Assembly (NCBI RefSeq): GCF_009914755.1
Contig: NC_060929.1
Length of the DNA stretch: 64,000 nt
Strand: one strand, 5' to 3'
Source of the DNA: the human T2T-CHM13v2.0 reference genome, Homo sapiens
Under the pieces are notes generated by a model. The model made no database searches, was not told the origin of the DNA, and was given only the letters and a program-made list of their open reading frames with translations. A program made the position numbers and the translations under genes. Below, in pieces: positions 28,221-43,679 of the stretch (position 1 is the stretch's first letter; each line of letters begins with the position of its first letter).

Positions 28221-29438
28221 GTGGTCTTGCATGCAGAGCTCTGCACAGTTCACACAGAGGCTCAGGTGCATCCCTTGCTGATTGGCTCATCCAGACAAAG
28301 CAGTGAAAACCAAGCCCTGGATTTATTAAGAGGGTGGGAGTCCGGGGTGTGGCACAGACCCCTCCGGTCTCGGCCTGTCTGTCCTTCCAACATTTGTCAG
28401 GCAGCAGACATGGCTGTTATGGGAAATATGGAAGCGTTGTCTTGCAGCCATCGTGTCCAGTAATGACCTCATTCCATCGCAAATTGGTGGAGAACATGCT
28501 CCCGTGAGTTGCCCCAGAGCACAGCGGTGGGTACAGCTGAGATTCTAGCCTGGTTTTACATCTTCCCCCAGCGGCCAAGCCTCCTGATACTAATTGTCAT
28601 TTTTGTCAATTGTTTTACATTGTTTTTATGGACACATTATTCACACACGTGTCTTCCTGCAGAACACCTGCCAGTGCTGTGCTGTGTTTCTGCAACACGT
28701 CAAAATGCTGTGTGGGTGAAAATGAAGTGGTGACAAGGATGTTCTGTTGACGTTTCCCGTGACATCTTTGGGGGAGGGCAGAGGTGTGAGGCCTTCTGTG
28801 TCTGTCGAGGCATTAGGGTCAGAAATGATGATGATGTTTTCAGTCTATAACCTTGAAATAAAAATGAACAAGGAATCATACCTATCCCCAAATCCACAGA
28901 ATGCCCCAGGCTGCTCCCGGCACAGGTGCAGAGCAGAGCCCAGGCTGTGCCTCATTCTGTGAGCAGCAGCTCTGGGGTGGCAATGGACCCACAGCCCATC
29001 CAGGCTGTAATGCGGAGGGTGTGCGTTATTCTTGGCACCTGCCATGCCCACAACCGTCAGAACATTGGGGGCTCATCCTGCAGCTCACCAGCTCTGGAAT
29101 TTTCTGCCCCGAAAGAGAAAAAGCATAACTCCACACTGTCTGACACTGAAGCTTCCAGGAAGGCATCCTCAGAAGTGCCAGGCTCAGCAGATGCTTTCTC
29201 AACCGTGAATTCGAGCCAGGTGTTGTCCCAATTTCAGGACGCTGTGATCTATGTCCTTGTCTTGCAGTGACACCATTGCCTTGCTAAGCCATAAATAATG
29301 TGATCAGGAACACATTTTGGCTTTGAAGACAGAAGGTCCCAAACCATCATTCAAATGCAAGAGGGAGAGGAAGGCATCAGCTGCCCACATAGTTCACGCC
29401 TCCACCTTGGCTGCACCCTAACCATCCCATTGAGAAGT

Positions 29439-29945
29439 GTATCCATTATCCATGGCTGTGTAACAAATCCCCACAGCTTAGCAGCTTGAGCAACAAGCAC
29501 TCATCATCTCACAGTTTCTGTGGGTGAGGAAGCTGGGAGTGGTGAGTTGGGTGGTTCTGTCTCAGGGGCTGTCACATGGCTGCTGTCAAGCTCATGCCTG
29601 GGGCTGTGGTAATTTGAAGGCTCAACTGGGGCTGCAGATCTGCTTTCAAGGTCTCTCAAATGAGTTTGGCAGGAGGTGCTATTAAAATATTGAAAGTAAT
29701 CACAAAAACTGCAATTACTTTTGCACCAACCTAATAGTTGCTCTCCTTAAGTATCTCCTAGAGCCAGTGATGTGAGAGTGAGCACTTGGAATGGAGCCGT
29801 GGTCTTCCACAGCCTGATCTCAGAGGTGACACCCACAACATCTGCCACTGTCATTTGGCCTGGGTCCAACCTAGTGTGATGAGAAGTGAATACCAGGAGC
29901 CAGGGAGGCATGGTCAGGTTGTGGCACCATGGAGGCTGCTAGCAC
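29439..29945 (-). mobile_element. MLT1-family MaLR LTR
   Basis: tgtatccattatccatggctgtgtaacaaat...catctcacagtttctgtgggt is a typical MLT1 terminus. Confidence 0.65.
29680..29736. mobile_element. Partial MADE1 (Hsmar1-derived mariner MITE) nested in MLT1
   Basis: aaaaactgcaattacttttgcaccaacctaata matches one Hsmar1/MADE1 TIR ending at TA; the other TIR is mostly lost. Confidence 0.75.
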
Positions 29946-29976
29946 CAAAGTGGGCATATTCAAATGCACTTCCTCT

Positions 29977-30347
29977 TGTAGTGGTTTGTTCTCATGCTGC
30001 TATAAAGAACTGCCTGAGACTTGGTAATTTATGAAGGAAAGAGGTTTAATTGACTCACAGTTTCACAAGGCTGAGGAGGCCTCAGGAAACTTACAATCAT
30101 GGTGGAAGGGGAAGCAAACATGTCCTTCTTCACATGGCAGCAGCAAGAAGAAGTGCAGAGTGAAGGGGGAAGCCCTTTGTAAAACCATCAGATCTTGTGA
30201 AAATCACTCACTATCATGAGAACAGCATGAGGGTAACTGTCCCCATGATTCAATGACTTCCCACCAGGTCCCTCCCATGACATGTGGGGATTATGGGAAC
30301 TACAATTCAAGATGAGATTTAGGTGGGGACACAGCCAAACCATATCA
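29977..30347 (-). mobile_element. THE1-family MaLR solo LTR
   Basis: Ends ggggacacagccaaaccatatca; internal ggcctcaggaaacttacaatcatggtggaagg; near-perfect 5-bp TSD cctct/cttct. Confidence 0.9.
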
Positions 30348-31559
30348 CTTCTGTTGTAAACATTTACTGGCTGCCTGATGTATTTCTAATGTGTTGAATG
30401 CTATAGCAAAAAGTCATGTATCTGACAAGACCTGAACAATTACACTGTTTAATTTTCCAATTTTGCTGTGGAAGGAACTTGCCTAAATGAGAGGGACAGA
30501 GACTTGCCCAAGATACAAGACATAATTAGCTAGTGATAGAGTTGTTATCAGGATTTTTGTCTCTAATTCCCATTTCTATTTTAGTCCACAAAATTCCAAA
30601 GGAAAAAGCACAATCCTTGCCTTTAAGAGTCCAAAAATATTCTTAGGGTGATAAATGCTTTTTAAATAAGTTAATGAATCATGGTCATAGTATTTTCCAT
30701 AAAATTCCAGAGTTTCCTGTCACCAAACAAGGGAGTGTTAGGTATAATTAGATATGTTCCCCTGGTATCCTAAAAGAATTTTCTTATTAAGAATGTTGAT
30801 GTGTTGTCATGAATATATTATTTATATTGGAAAATATAGATTGCCATTTTAGTCAATGACAGGTTGTCATGAACCCCACATACCAGTGAGGGCACAATCA
30901 AGAGACAGAAACCACAGCAATTATTTAAACACAGAAAACTGAAATGAAGGATTGTTAACCAGGCTTGGAGTTTAGCAGGCAACTGAAAGATATCTTGAAG
31001 GTAGAGGCTACTAGAGGAAGCTACTACACCTGTGGCTGGAGGAACAAAGGGGAAATATTGGAACTACTACTATTTTAAAATCAAGACCTCTGAGGAGGGG
31101 TACCTGCCAGCTTTAGCTGTTGTCTTGGGGCTCAGAGGGGGGGCCCATGACAGGTGGAGGTTGCATTTCATCCATGTCTCCACGGGAGGAGACGTAAAAC
31201 TGACCATTTTCTGAAAAGATCGTTTTCTTCCCCCTACTGCTTTGCCAGCATCTTTGTGGTTCTCTCAGTTTTGTTTTCTTTTGTCTTTGTTATAAAAATA
31301 GCTTTATTTTAACTTTGTTCTTGAATGATATTTTTACTTGGAGTAATATCCTAGACTGGGAGTTATTTTTTGTTTCTTACACCATTTAAAGATTTTATTG
31401 CATTGTCCTCTGGCTTCCATTGTTTCTGCTGAGAAGTTGGATGTCTATCAAATTTTTGCTCCTTCTAAAGTAATCTTACTTTGTATGCTGGTTGCTTTTA
31501 TGATGTTTATTTTTATTTTGGTTTTCTGTAGTTCACTACAGTGTGTCTAACATGTGGAT

Positions 31560-32665
31560 TTCTATTTATGTTATCTATTTCACTGGAGATTTTTCCCTTC
31601 AAATCTTGTATCATTTTTTAAAAATTTCATTAGTTGGACTTCACCTTTCTCTAGTAACTCCTTGATTAGCTTAATAATAGACCTTTTGAATTCTTTTTCT
31701 GGCACTTCAGGGATTTCTTATTGGTTTGGATCCATTGCTGGTGAGCTAGCATGCACTTTTGGGGGTACTAAAGAATGTTGTTTTGTCATATTACTGGAAT
31801 TGTTTTTCTGCTTCCTTCTCATTTGGTAGACTATGTCAGAGGGAAGATCTGGGTCTCAAGGGCTGCTGTTCAGATTCTTTTGTCCCACAGGGTGTTCCCT
31901 TGAGGTGGTGCTCTCCCCCTTCCTCTAGCGATGGGGCTTCCTGAGGGCCGAACTGCAGTAATTGTTTTGCTCTTCTTGGTCTAGCCACCCAGTGGAGCTA
32001 CTGGGCTCCAGGCTGGTACAGGGGAGTGTCTGCACAGAGTCCTGTGACGTGCTCTGTCTTCAGGTCTCTCAGCCATGGATACCAGCACCTGCTCTGGTGG
32101 AGGTGTCAGGGGAGTGAAGTGGACTCTGAGGGTCCTTGGTGGTAGCGTTGTTAAGTGCGCTGGTTTGGTATAGGTTGGCCTCCAGCCAGGAGGTGGTGCT
32201 TTCAAGAGTGCATCAGCTGAGGTTTTATAGAGAAGATACAAGCTTGCCCTAGAGCCCCCAGGAGATTATGTCCTTTGTCTTCAGCTACCAGGACAGGTAG
32301 AGAAAGACCACCAGGTGGGGGCAGGGTTAGGCATGTCCGAACTCAGCCTCTCCTTGGGTGGGGCTTGCTGCAGCTGCTGTAGGAGATGGGGCGTGGTTCC
32401 CTGGTCAATGGAGTTATGTTCCCAGAGGGATTATGGCTGCCTCTGCTGTGTCATACAGGTCGCCAGGGAAGTGTGGGGAAGCAGGCAGTTACAGGCTTCA
32501 CCCCACTCCCACACAGCCAGCAAGGCCAGTCTCACTCCTGCCATTCGCCCCCACTCCCAACAGCACAAAGTCTGTCTCCGGGCAGTGGGTGAGCAGGGCT
32601 GCAAACCTGCCCCAGGCTATCTGCTTCCCAGCTGAGAAAGTAAGCAGAGTTTTAAGGCTTTGTGC
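31560..32665 (-). mobile_element. L1PB-type 5'UTR/ORF1 fragment, antisense
   Basis: ttggtttggatccattgctggtgagctag, ggctgctgttcagattcttttgtcccac and gagttatgttcccagagggattatggctgcctct are typical of L1PB 5' regions. Confidence 0.7.
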
Positions 32666-32975
32666 CTCCCCACCTGGACACACCATTGGTCTGGGAACAC
32701 TGTAACCCAGGATCAGGGACAGGGGGGTCCTGGAGTTCCCAGATGACTTGGAGTTGGGCTGCGGCCCCTGGCAGGCTGGTTGACCTCAGTTTACCTTTTA
32801 TCCCCATGAAGAGCTATATAGGTTCTCTTCCCAAGCAGGGGATACAGAGCAGAAACTTTATTCCTCCTGGGTCTTTGTGCCAACACTTGTCCCCCGACCC
32901 CAAAGTACTTTCAAAAGGATGGCACTGATTTTTAGCCACTGCTCCTGAAATTGGCATGGCCCACAGAAGGCATGT

Positions 32976-33105
32976 CCCCAGATCCCAGGCTCACCCACCT
33001 ACAATCGCATTTCTCTTGGCTGCCAGCCGGGCTTGTCTACACCCAGATCCCAGGCTCACCCACCTACAGTCGCATTTCTCTTGGGTGCCAGCCAGGCGTG
33101 TCTAC
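32976..33105. repeat. Two-copy ~66-bp tandem duplication
   Basis: cccagatcccaggctcacccacctaca.tcgcatttctcttgg.tgccagcc.ggc.tgtctaca occurs twice. Confidence 0.9.
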
Positions 33106-33262
33106 ACTACTTGGTTGGTTTCCAGTGCCTTCAAGCAGATATGGTTCTATTTTGTCCAAGTTTTCCAGTTATCCTTGGCATCTGGGGGGGTATAGGTGAT
33201 CTAGACTTCCATTTTTGGAAGTGGAATTTCCTGGGTTGATTTCTTTTCCTGTTTAATATTTA

Positions 33263-33578
<316 letters not shown>

Positions 33579-34139
33579 GACACACTGTGCATGTCCCTGG
33601 CCCAGGGCAGAAGTCACAGCCCAGCCTGTTGCCATTAGACACTCTGTTCCGTGACATGTCCCACGAGTCCCACACGTTGCCGAGGCCAGATCTTTACTGA
33701 CCACTGGAGCCACCTTATGGCCTCAGGATGTGGCTTTGCTGGCATTCCTGTGGAAGAGGCACTGCCCCATCCATGTGCCACCCTGTGCTGTGATGGGGAG
33801 CCTGGCTGCTGCACTCACACTCGGGGTGGAAAGCAAAGCCCGACCCCTAATTTAGCCAGTGGGACTCAGGAGCAGGCCATTCACTTGTTCAATTCTGTCC
33901 ATACTGAAGAGACGCCGGGCCCCTGGCAAGAGGCTACAGAGCCTCTTGCTTCCCTCAGAACCTCTCCTGGGGATAAGTTCCTGTTGTCCCTAAGTCAGCA
34001 ATGAGGCTGAACCAAAAAGCAATGTGGCCAGGCCAGGGAAACCTTCTCTTTACGGCCAAGAAGTGGGGACCTGCATCTTTGGCCAAAGCAGACTTATGGG
34101 ATTTAAGGACAAAGAGGCTAAATACACAAAGAAAAGGTG

Positions 34140-34562
34140 TGTGTACGTGTTTCCTAGGACTTCTGTAACAAATTATTGCACACCGCATGGCTGGAAACAC
34201 TGGAAGTGTATTCTGTCACTGTTTCAGAGATGAGACGTGTAATTCAAGGTGTCCACAGGACCATGCACCCTCCAAAGGCTCCAGGGAGGAACTTTCCTTG
34301 CCTCTTTCCCTTTCTGGTGTTGTCCACAATTCTGGGTTGTCCCTGGCTTGTGACAACATCACACTATGCTGGCCTTCCTTCTCTGTGTGTCTGTGTGTCC
34401 AAATTTCTCTCTCTTATAAGGGTGTCATCATTAGGCTCACTCCAGTCCAGTGTGACCTCATCTTATTTAATGACATCTGCAAAGACCTGATTTCCAAATA
34501 AGGCACTGGGTGTTGGGATTTGGACATACCTTCTGAGGGGGAACTCAATCGTACCCACAACA
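34140..34562 (-). mobile_element. MLT1-family MaLR LTR
   Basis: ttcctaggacttctgtaacaaatta...cagtgtgacctcatctta...atctgcaaagacctgatttccaaata. Confidence 0.7.
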
Positions 34563-34984
34563 GTGTGCTTCCTCTTTTGGATACACTGGGGATGGTTCCC
34601 TCTCTCTGGACCTGATACTGCTCTTTCCCCAAAGGCCACTGATTAGTCAACATGCTCCCTGGGGCTCATGTCAGCCAAGGAGGGCAATTGATTTCCAACC
34701 ACCTGTCAACATCTGCTTTACCCCCTGGGCTGAGAGCTGAGTTTCCCACAGTGACAAGTAGGTGATAAAAGACAGGTGTCCAAGTGTTTCCTGGAGAAAA
34801 AGCACTGGTTTAACTTATTTAATTAGTTCCAGAGAAGCAGTCAGACAGAAATGACACATCCCCTACAGGGCACAATAATCCCGGCTGCAGTTTCTCATCA
34901 GATGCTGTGCAGACCAGGATGTGGAAGAACATTGAAAACAAGAAACCAAAGGAAGCACCAAGCCAGAGTTGTGCATCTGTGAGA

Positions 34985-35400
34985 ATTTCAGAAATGGAGG
35001 AAAAATCGATGCAAGAATACCCTTCAGAAATGAAAAAATCGACCGAAAATACCCTTCAGAAATGAATTAAAAATCAACACGAGAATACCCTTCAGAAATG
35101 AAGGAAAAATCAATGCGAGAACACCCTTTGGAAACGAAGGAAAAATCGATGCGAGAACACCCTTCAGAAATGAAAAATCAACGTGAGAACACCCTTCGGA
35201 AATGAAGGAAAAGTCGACGTGAGAACACCCTTCGGAAATGAAGGAAAAATCGACGCGAGAACACCCTTCAGAAATGAAGAAAAGTCGACGCGAGAACACC
35301 CTTCGGAAACGAAAGAAAAATCGATGCGAGAACACCCTTCGGAAACGAAGGAAAAATCGACGCGAGAACACCCTTCGGAAATGAAAGAAAAATTGATGAT
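34985..35400. repeat. Minisatellite, 36-bp unit (some 32 bp), ~12 copies, derived from L1 ORF1
   Basis: CAGAAATGAAGGAAAAATCGACGCGAGAACACCCTT repeated. Confidence 0.93.
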
Positions 35401-36539
35401 CTCCAGTGAGGACGCACTAAGAGAATTTGTTGCCGGCACACCTGCTTTAAAAGATGCCAAAGCAAGTTCTTCAGCTTGAGGGAAGATACAGAGGAAAACC
35501 CACAACCCCAAGAAGGAAGAAAGGGCAAGACAAGCAGTAAATGTCCAAGGAAACACAGCACACTATTGTTCTCCTCTTTACCCCAAGTGACTTTTCTTGC
35601 TCTGAATCTATTTTGTCTCACATGAATAGAGCTGTTTGAGGATTTTTGTGTAACTGATGTTGGCCTGATAGCTCTTTTCCCATCCTTTGACTGTGAAACA
35701 GTCTGTATCATTACATTGAAAATGAGTTTCTTGTAGACAGCATGTAGATGAGTCTTTAAAGTACATATGATGGTTGAAAGCAACAATTAACAACATTGCT
35801 TGGTTGAATTTTCAATATGTGCAGGTGCAATACGATGACTGTGACAAAGGGCACAGTGAAGGGGCCTTGGTGGGGACAAGGTCCCAGCATTCCAGCCAGA
35901 AGTGGTAAAATATTAATTCTGCATAGACTGGCAAGGTGAGGAGGAGTTAGAATGTATATTGCAATCCTTAGAATGACAATACACAGAGATAGAATTCAAG
36001 AAACCATTAGATAAATCAAAATGAAATACCACAAAATATCCCAATAATCCAAAAGAAGACATGCAAAGGGGAAAAGGAGAAAAAATCAGAGGTGCCAAAT
36101 AGAGGACATGCAAGAAATGCTGGACCTAAATTCAGACACATCAGTAATGAATATAAATGTAGATGATCTAAACATACTGATTAAAGGCAGAAATTATCAG
36201 ACTGGATAAAGGCAAGTCTTATCTACAGGCTGTCTATAAAAACCCTCTTTAAATACAAAATATAGGCAGATTAAACATAAAAGGATAGAAAAAGATATGC
36301 CAAGCAAACACCAATTAAAAAAACTGGAGTGACAAAGTAGATTTCAGAGCAAGGAAAATTCCTAAGAGTAAAGAGGGACGTTGCATAATGACAAAGGATC
36401 AACTCCCCAAGAAGACCTAGTAATCCTAAACACATATGCACCCAACGATAGGGCTTCCAAACACACAAGACAAAGACGATAGAGCTGCCTGAAAGGGAAC
36501 AGGCAGCTCCATACTGGAATTGGTGACCCCAACATTCCC

Positions 36540-36886
36540 ATCTCAGTTGGTTAGGGCTGCCATGTCAAAATACCACAGACTGGGGCCTTAAAGGGCAAAA
36601 ATTTGTTTTCTCACCATTCTGGAAGCTGGAGGACCAAGATGAAGGCTGTTGGGGTTGACTTCTCAGTGTTCTCACATGGTATTTTTTTGTGCTGGTGTGG
36701 AGAGTGAATGATTCCTGGCTTCTTTCCATCTTCTTGTAAGGACATAAGTCCTATTGAATCGGACCCCCTCATATGACTTCTTGCAACCATAATCACCTCC
36801 TTACAGGCCCTGTCTCTAAATACAGTTACATTGGGGGTTAGGGCTTCAACATGTGAATTTTGTGGGACACAATTCAGTCCATAACA
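36540..36886 (-). mobile_element. MLT1A-type LTR nested in L1
   Basis: gggctgccatgtcaaaataccacagactggg...ggggttagggcttcaacatgtgaattttgtgggacacaattcagtccataaca. Confidence 0.8.
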
Positions 36887-39319
36887 ACTCCTCTCTCAGT
36901 AGCTGATAGAAAAGTGGACAGTAAATTAGCAGGATATGGAAGAACTGACCAGCTCCAGGAACCAACTGGACCTAACTAACATTTATAAAACGTTCTGCCA
37001 AACAACATCTACATACACTTTCTTTTTGGTCATAAAATGCATGTGAAAAAATTTAAAATACAAAAAACCTACAATGGTGTTAAACTAGAAATCAATAATA
37101 TAAAAATGCCTAGAAAACCTCCAAATAGGTGGAAATTAAACAACACACTCCTTAGACAATGCAAATGTTGAGGAGAATGGCTCAGAAAAACTGGAAATCA
37201 CTTGAACTGAATGAAAATGAAAAATATAGCAAAATGAAACAGTGCTTAGAGAGAAATTTATAGAACTAAATGCTTATAGCCCTACAAGCATTTAGTTAGA
37301 AAAGAAATGCTAATATTAAAAACAGAAGAAAATTATAAATCAACAATCTAAGCTTCCACCTTAAGAAATTACGAAAATAGGAGCAAATTAAACTGAAAGC
37401 AGGCAGAAGGAAGGAAAGAATAAAGATAAGAGAAACCAATGAAATAGAAAACAGAAAGACAACAAAGAAAAATCAATAAACTAGAGGCTGGTTCTTTGAA
37501 AAGATCAGTAAAATTGATAAAGCTTTAACCAGACTGATTAGCAAGGGAGAAAGAGAGATAAATTTCCAGTATCAATAATGAAAGAGGATATATCACTATT
37601 GACCCACAGACATTAAGAGGGCAATGCACGAACATTATGAGCTACTCCCTGCATATACATCTGACAACTTTGAAGGAATAAGCCAATTCTTTAAAAGCCA
37701 CAAACTACCAAAACTCACTCAACAAGAAATAGATGGCCTGAACAACCCTTTTGTATTAAAGTAATTGAATTCATAGCAGAAAAACTTTCTGAAAATGAAA
37801 ATTCCAGACACAGATGGTTTCATTAGCAGATTTTATGAACAGGTAATGAAGAAATATTACCAATTCTGCACAATCTCCTCCAGAAAATAGAAGAGAAATG
37901 CTTTCCTACTCATGTTATGAAAACAGCATTACTCCAGTGCCAATGCCAGATAAATGACAGTACAAGAAACAAAACTACGTACAAATATCTCCCATGAACA
38001 TAGATGCAAATGTATAAATTGTGACAGTAGCATGCAAGGCTGGCTAAACATCTGAAATTCAATCAGCACTCTCCACTGTATTGACAGACCAAAGAAGAAA
38101 ACACACACGATCATCTCAAATGACGCAAAAAACAATGTCAAAATTCAAGAATCATTCATGGAAAAAGTCTCAGCAAACTAGGAGCAGTGAGGAACTTCCT
38201 TAACCGGATGGAATGTATCCATTAAAAACCCACAGATGACATCGCACATAGTGGTGAAAAACTGGATACTTCCTCCCTAAAATCTGGAATGAGGATAGGC
38301 GGTCCCCACTCCCATCCTTGCCAACATCATCCTGAAAGTCCCAGCTAGTGCAATAAAGCAAGAGAAGGAAATAAAAGGCATTCAGACAAGAAAGGGAGAA
38401 AGAAAACCATCTCTATTTACAGAGAGCATAATTGTTTATGTAGAACATTCCAAGGAATTTACCAAAAAAGACACAAAAACCTCACCTATAACTAGTCCAT
38501 GAGTTCAGCAGTGTCACAGGATACAAGATTGGCACACACGTGTCAATGGCGTTTTTATCTAATAACAGTGAACACGTGGGAATTGAAGTTTAAGTCTCAG
38601 TCCCACTGACAGCCCTGCCAAGAGAATGAAACACAAACACACTTAACACAACACGAGTAGATGAATAATGGGCAAAAGAGGGAAGAACTCATTCACCAAG
38701 GACATTTGGATGGCAGATAAGAACACGAGATGCTCGACATCGTCAGCCACGAGGGAATAAAAATGTACACCACTGATGTGTGGAACCACCACACACCTGT
38801 GAGAACAGCGCGAGGAAAAAGGAAACGCGTGGTCACACCCAGCACTGGCGAGGACGCGGAGCCCCTGGCTCTCCTGTGCCACTGCTGGGGGTGTGACGTG
38901 CGGCAGCTGCTCCAGACGACAAGGTGGCAGTGTATTTTAATGTTACAACTATGCTTACCTTGGGATCCAGCAACCCCCTGCCTGGACATGCATGCTGGAG
39001 AAATGAAAGTTTATTTCACGGGAAAATCTACACACGACTGTTTGTAGCGGCTTCACTCCAGGGATTAGAAAATGAACCACTTACTTGAATCCAGTGAATA
39101 TTCACCAAAAACAACCAACCAAATGTGTAAACAACATTGAGACCTACTAGAAACAACAAATACCTGCTTACATATGTTAATTGTTTGCCCATTTTGCCTC
39201 TGTGGACTTCCATTCCAATTCTTTATTCTTCCAATACCTATGACTGTTTCTATTTAAGGTGTTAAAGGAAACGTTTGACGGATCGAATAACTGATATGAC
39301 ATTTATCTTACTTTACTTT

Positions 39320-40930
<1,611 letters not shown>

Positions 40931-42729
40931 TATGATAATGAAACCAAATCAATGTCTCTGCTCAGACCCCTTCTGACAAGGTCTGTGGCGCCCACCATGG
41001 CGTTAGGGCCACAGCCTCCTGCCCCATGTGCCAGGCCCGGCTCTGCCCAGCTCCCTGCAGCTGCGCCAGTGTGTGCTGTGACTCGTGCTCCTGGTTTGTC
41101 ATCTGCCTCTCAGTAGACACCACGGCCTTCAAGCTTTCTCCGCTCCGTGACCAGCAGCTGGGACGGGACCAGCAGTGCATGCGGCTCTGGATTCATGTTT
41201 GTTGAATGACTGACTGAACGGAGGCTCCCTTACAGAAGTGAACGGCGCGGCCCTCCCTGAGTTCCGGCCTGGCTCTGGATACCAAGGAGCAAGGTGGTCA
41301 GGGGTCAGGGGCTGGAGTGGGGAGATTGCCTGGGAGGGGGCTGGAGGGTGTGGTGGAACTGCAGGTTCTCTCCTTGACATGCCTGTGGGGGAGCCTTTCC
41401 CGGCCCTCTCTCCGCTGGTTTTCACCCTTTCTCCGGTGCAGCCACACTGGGCATCCCACCCCAGGGATCCAGGAAGGGGGCGTGTCGGCCGAGTGCGAGC
41501 CCGTTTCTGAACACCCTGTGAAGTTGGTGAGAATTCAGGTGCCTATCGGCCGGGCTCCACCTGTGCACCAGGTGTGGCCGCCTCACTGTGACTTCAAAGG
41601 TCCCCGGGGAGGAAGGAGGCTCCCAGCTGCACACAGGTGAGTCAGTCCCATTGTTCCGTGTGTCTGAAAAATCAATCGGGTCCAAAGTAAAAATATTTAT
41701 TTAATGAGCAGAAATGTATGGCCGATCGGTTTTTAAAGGATATTGCTTCCTGCTCCTTGATACTGAAAAGGGGCGTTAGAAGAAATTCATTTGCAGGGAT
41801 TGAGTTCTGGAAATGGCCATTCTAGGTGAAATAAGGACAGAAAATAGCACAGCACCCGCCAAAGACAGCTCATTCTCTTCCTTGGGGTGCTGGGGGACAC
41901 GGGCGCCCCTCGGGGGCAGGAGGATCCCAGCGGGAGGACACTGGGCACTGCGTGAAGTCTCCCCTGGGAGCCCCAGTGAGGGGCAGGTGATGGCCCCGAG
42001 TGTCCCTGGGTCTCCCAAACGAACGTCTGGGCTTCTCTGGGAGGAGGACTCCACCCTGCAGAAGAGAAGGGTCTGGGTCAGAACCCAGTGAGTCCGGGGC
42101 TCCCTCCGCCTCCTTTGCTCCCTGTGAGATGGGCACGGAGAATGAGTCCCTCCGTGGACGTGGACGCCTGGTGGTTCTCGGCCGAGATCGCACCCTCGTG
42201 GCACCTGCCGGGGACCGCCCAGCTCCTGCAGCTGCGGTCTCTGGAGAGCACCGCCGGGATCCCCACGGCTCGAGAACCCGCGGTGCGTTTTGTAGGGTCA
42301 GCATTTGCGTACTGGGTCTGCTGCACTCCCTTCCTCGCGCGGCTCCCCGTTCAGCTCCCTGCAGGCGTCGGGACCTTGCTGCGCGGCTCCTCTTCCAAAA
42401 CCCACAAGGTTCTGAGTTCCTGGGGCTTTGTCCCCCCAGTCTGTGGCCGCCGCAGGGCCTCCTCCTGGACCAGCCCGAAGGGCACATGGGGATGGCGCCT
42501 CAGGGCTCCGGTAGCGAAGGCCACACAGAAGTCCCGAGGACCCTGGCAGCGGCCGTCTCCTGCGTCTTGGTCCCTGAGGACCCTGGGCCTTCCTGGCAGT
42601 GGAGGCTGGTGTCTCTCACTCTCTCCAGGTGCAGGCCAGCGCTCAGCTAAATGCCTTCAGAGCTCCGGCTGAGATGTGCAGCACCCGCCACCGTCAGTCT
42701 TCGTGTGTTGGGGCGTGATGGGGATGGTG

Positions 42730-43420
42730 TCTCAGTCCTATGTTCTCGTGCTGCTGTGTTTGGGATGTGTCAGTTTCCCATGACTGCTGGAACAAGCTAC
42801 CCCAGCCTTAGGGGCTCAGAACAACACGCAGGACTCTCAGGCTTCTGGAACACGGCCCCCACTCCCTCCCGAGGCTCTGGGCCAGGATCCTCCCGTCGCC
42901 TCCAGCTTCTGCTGTATCGCTCCATGGCCGGCTCCTCTGTGCCTCTTCTCTCTGTGTCTCTCTTCTGTCTCTTAGAAGGACATTGGTGAATGCATTTAGA
43001 CCCCCAGGCCCCACCCCCCGATAACCCAGGAAAAGCACCTCTTAAGATCCCTATGTTTATCACAGCTTTTGCCTCAGAGGTGACATTCGAAGCGCTGGGG
43101 TTTTGCACAGATTTTGGGGGAGGTCTTAATCAGCTCAGGTGGCCATAGCAGAAAACCACACACGGGCAACCCGAGCAGCAGACATAGGTTTGTTGAGCAG
43201 CAGACACAGGAAGCTCCCACCACTCTGGGGTGGAAGCCGGAGATCCTGGCACCAGCTGACTGGCCTCCTAGTGAGGGCCCTTCCTGGTTTCCCGGTGCGA
43301 CAGAGAAAGGGGAGGGCAGCCCTCTCCTATGAGGGCACTGATCCCACTGGGAGGACCCCACTCCACACACCGCAGCACTGGGGTTGGGGTTCCACCCGTG
43401 ACTCCTGCAGGAGCACAAAC
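42730..43420 (-). mobile_element. Cluster of two or three GC-shifted MLT1 LTR fragments
   Basis: MLT1-like starts at ~42765 and ~43120; ctgtgtctctcttctgtctctt; gagggcactgatcccact. Confidence 0.55.
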
Positions 43421-43679
43421 GTGCAGCCAATAGACCACATGCCTCTGGGCAGCAAAGGTCCCCTGTCACCTGCACTGCATTCTCCCGGTGCTGCCTCTGA
43501 GGACAAGGCTGGCTCCAGCGGGCTCAGTGCTGACTACCAGGATGCAGGAGGCCTGCCCGCTCGCCATAGCTGCGAAGCCGGCTGATTACATTTCAGGCTT
43601 TTGTTTATTCCCCATCCCAACCCGCTCCTTCATCCACACAGACTGCTCGGACCTGGACTCAGGCCAGGCTGGACACCAG

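Larger units (their letters stand above)
34860..39050 (+). mobile_element. Old L1 (L1M-type): ORF1 end, ORF2 and 3' region, degraded and interrupted
   Basis: Ordered L1 motifs from ORF1 (cccttcagaaatgaagga, ctaagagaatttgttgcc) through EN and RT (ggctggttctttgaaaagatcagtaaaattgataa) to the 3' region (gatccagcaacccc). Confidence 0.85.
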
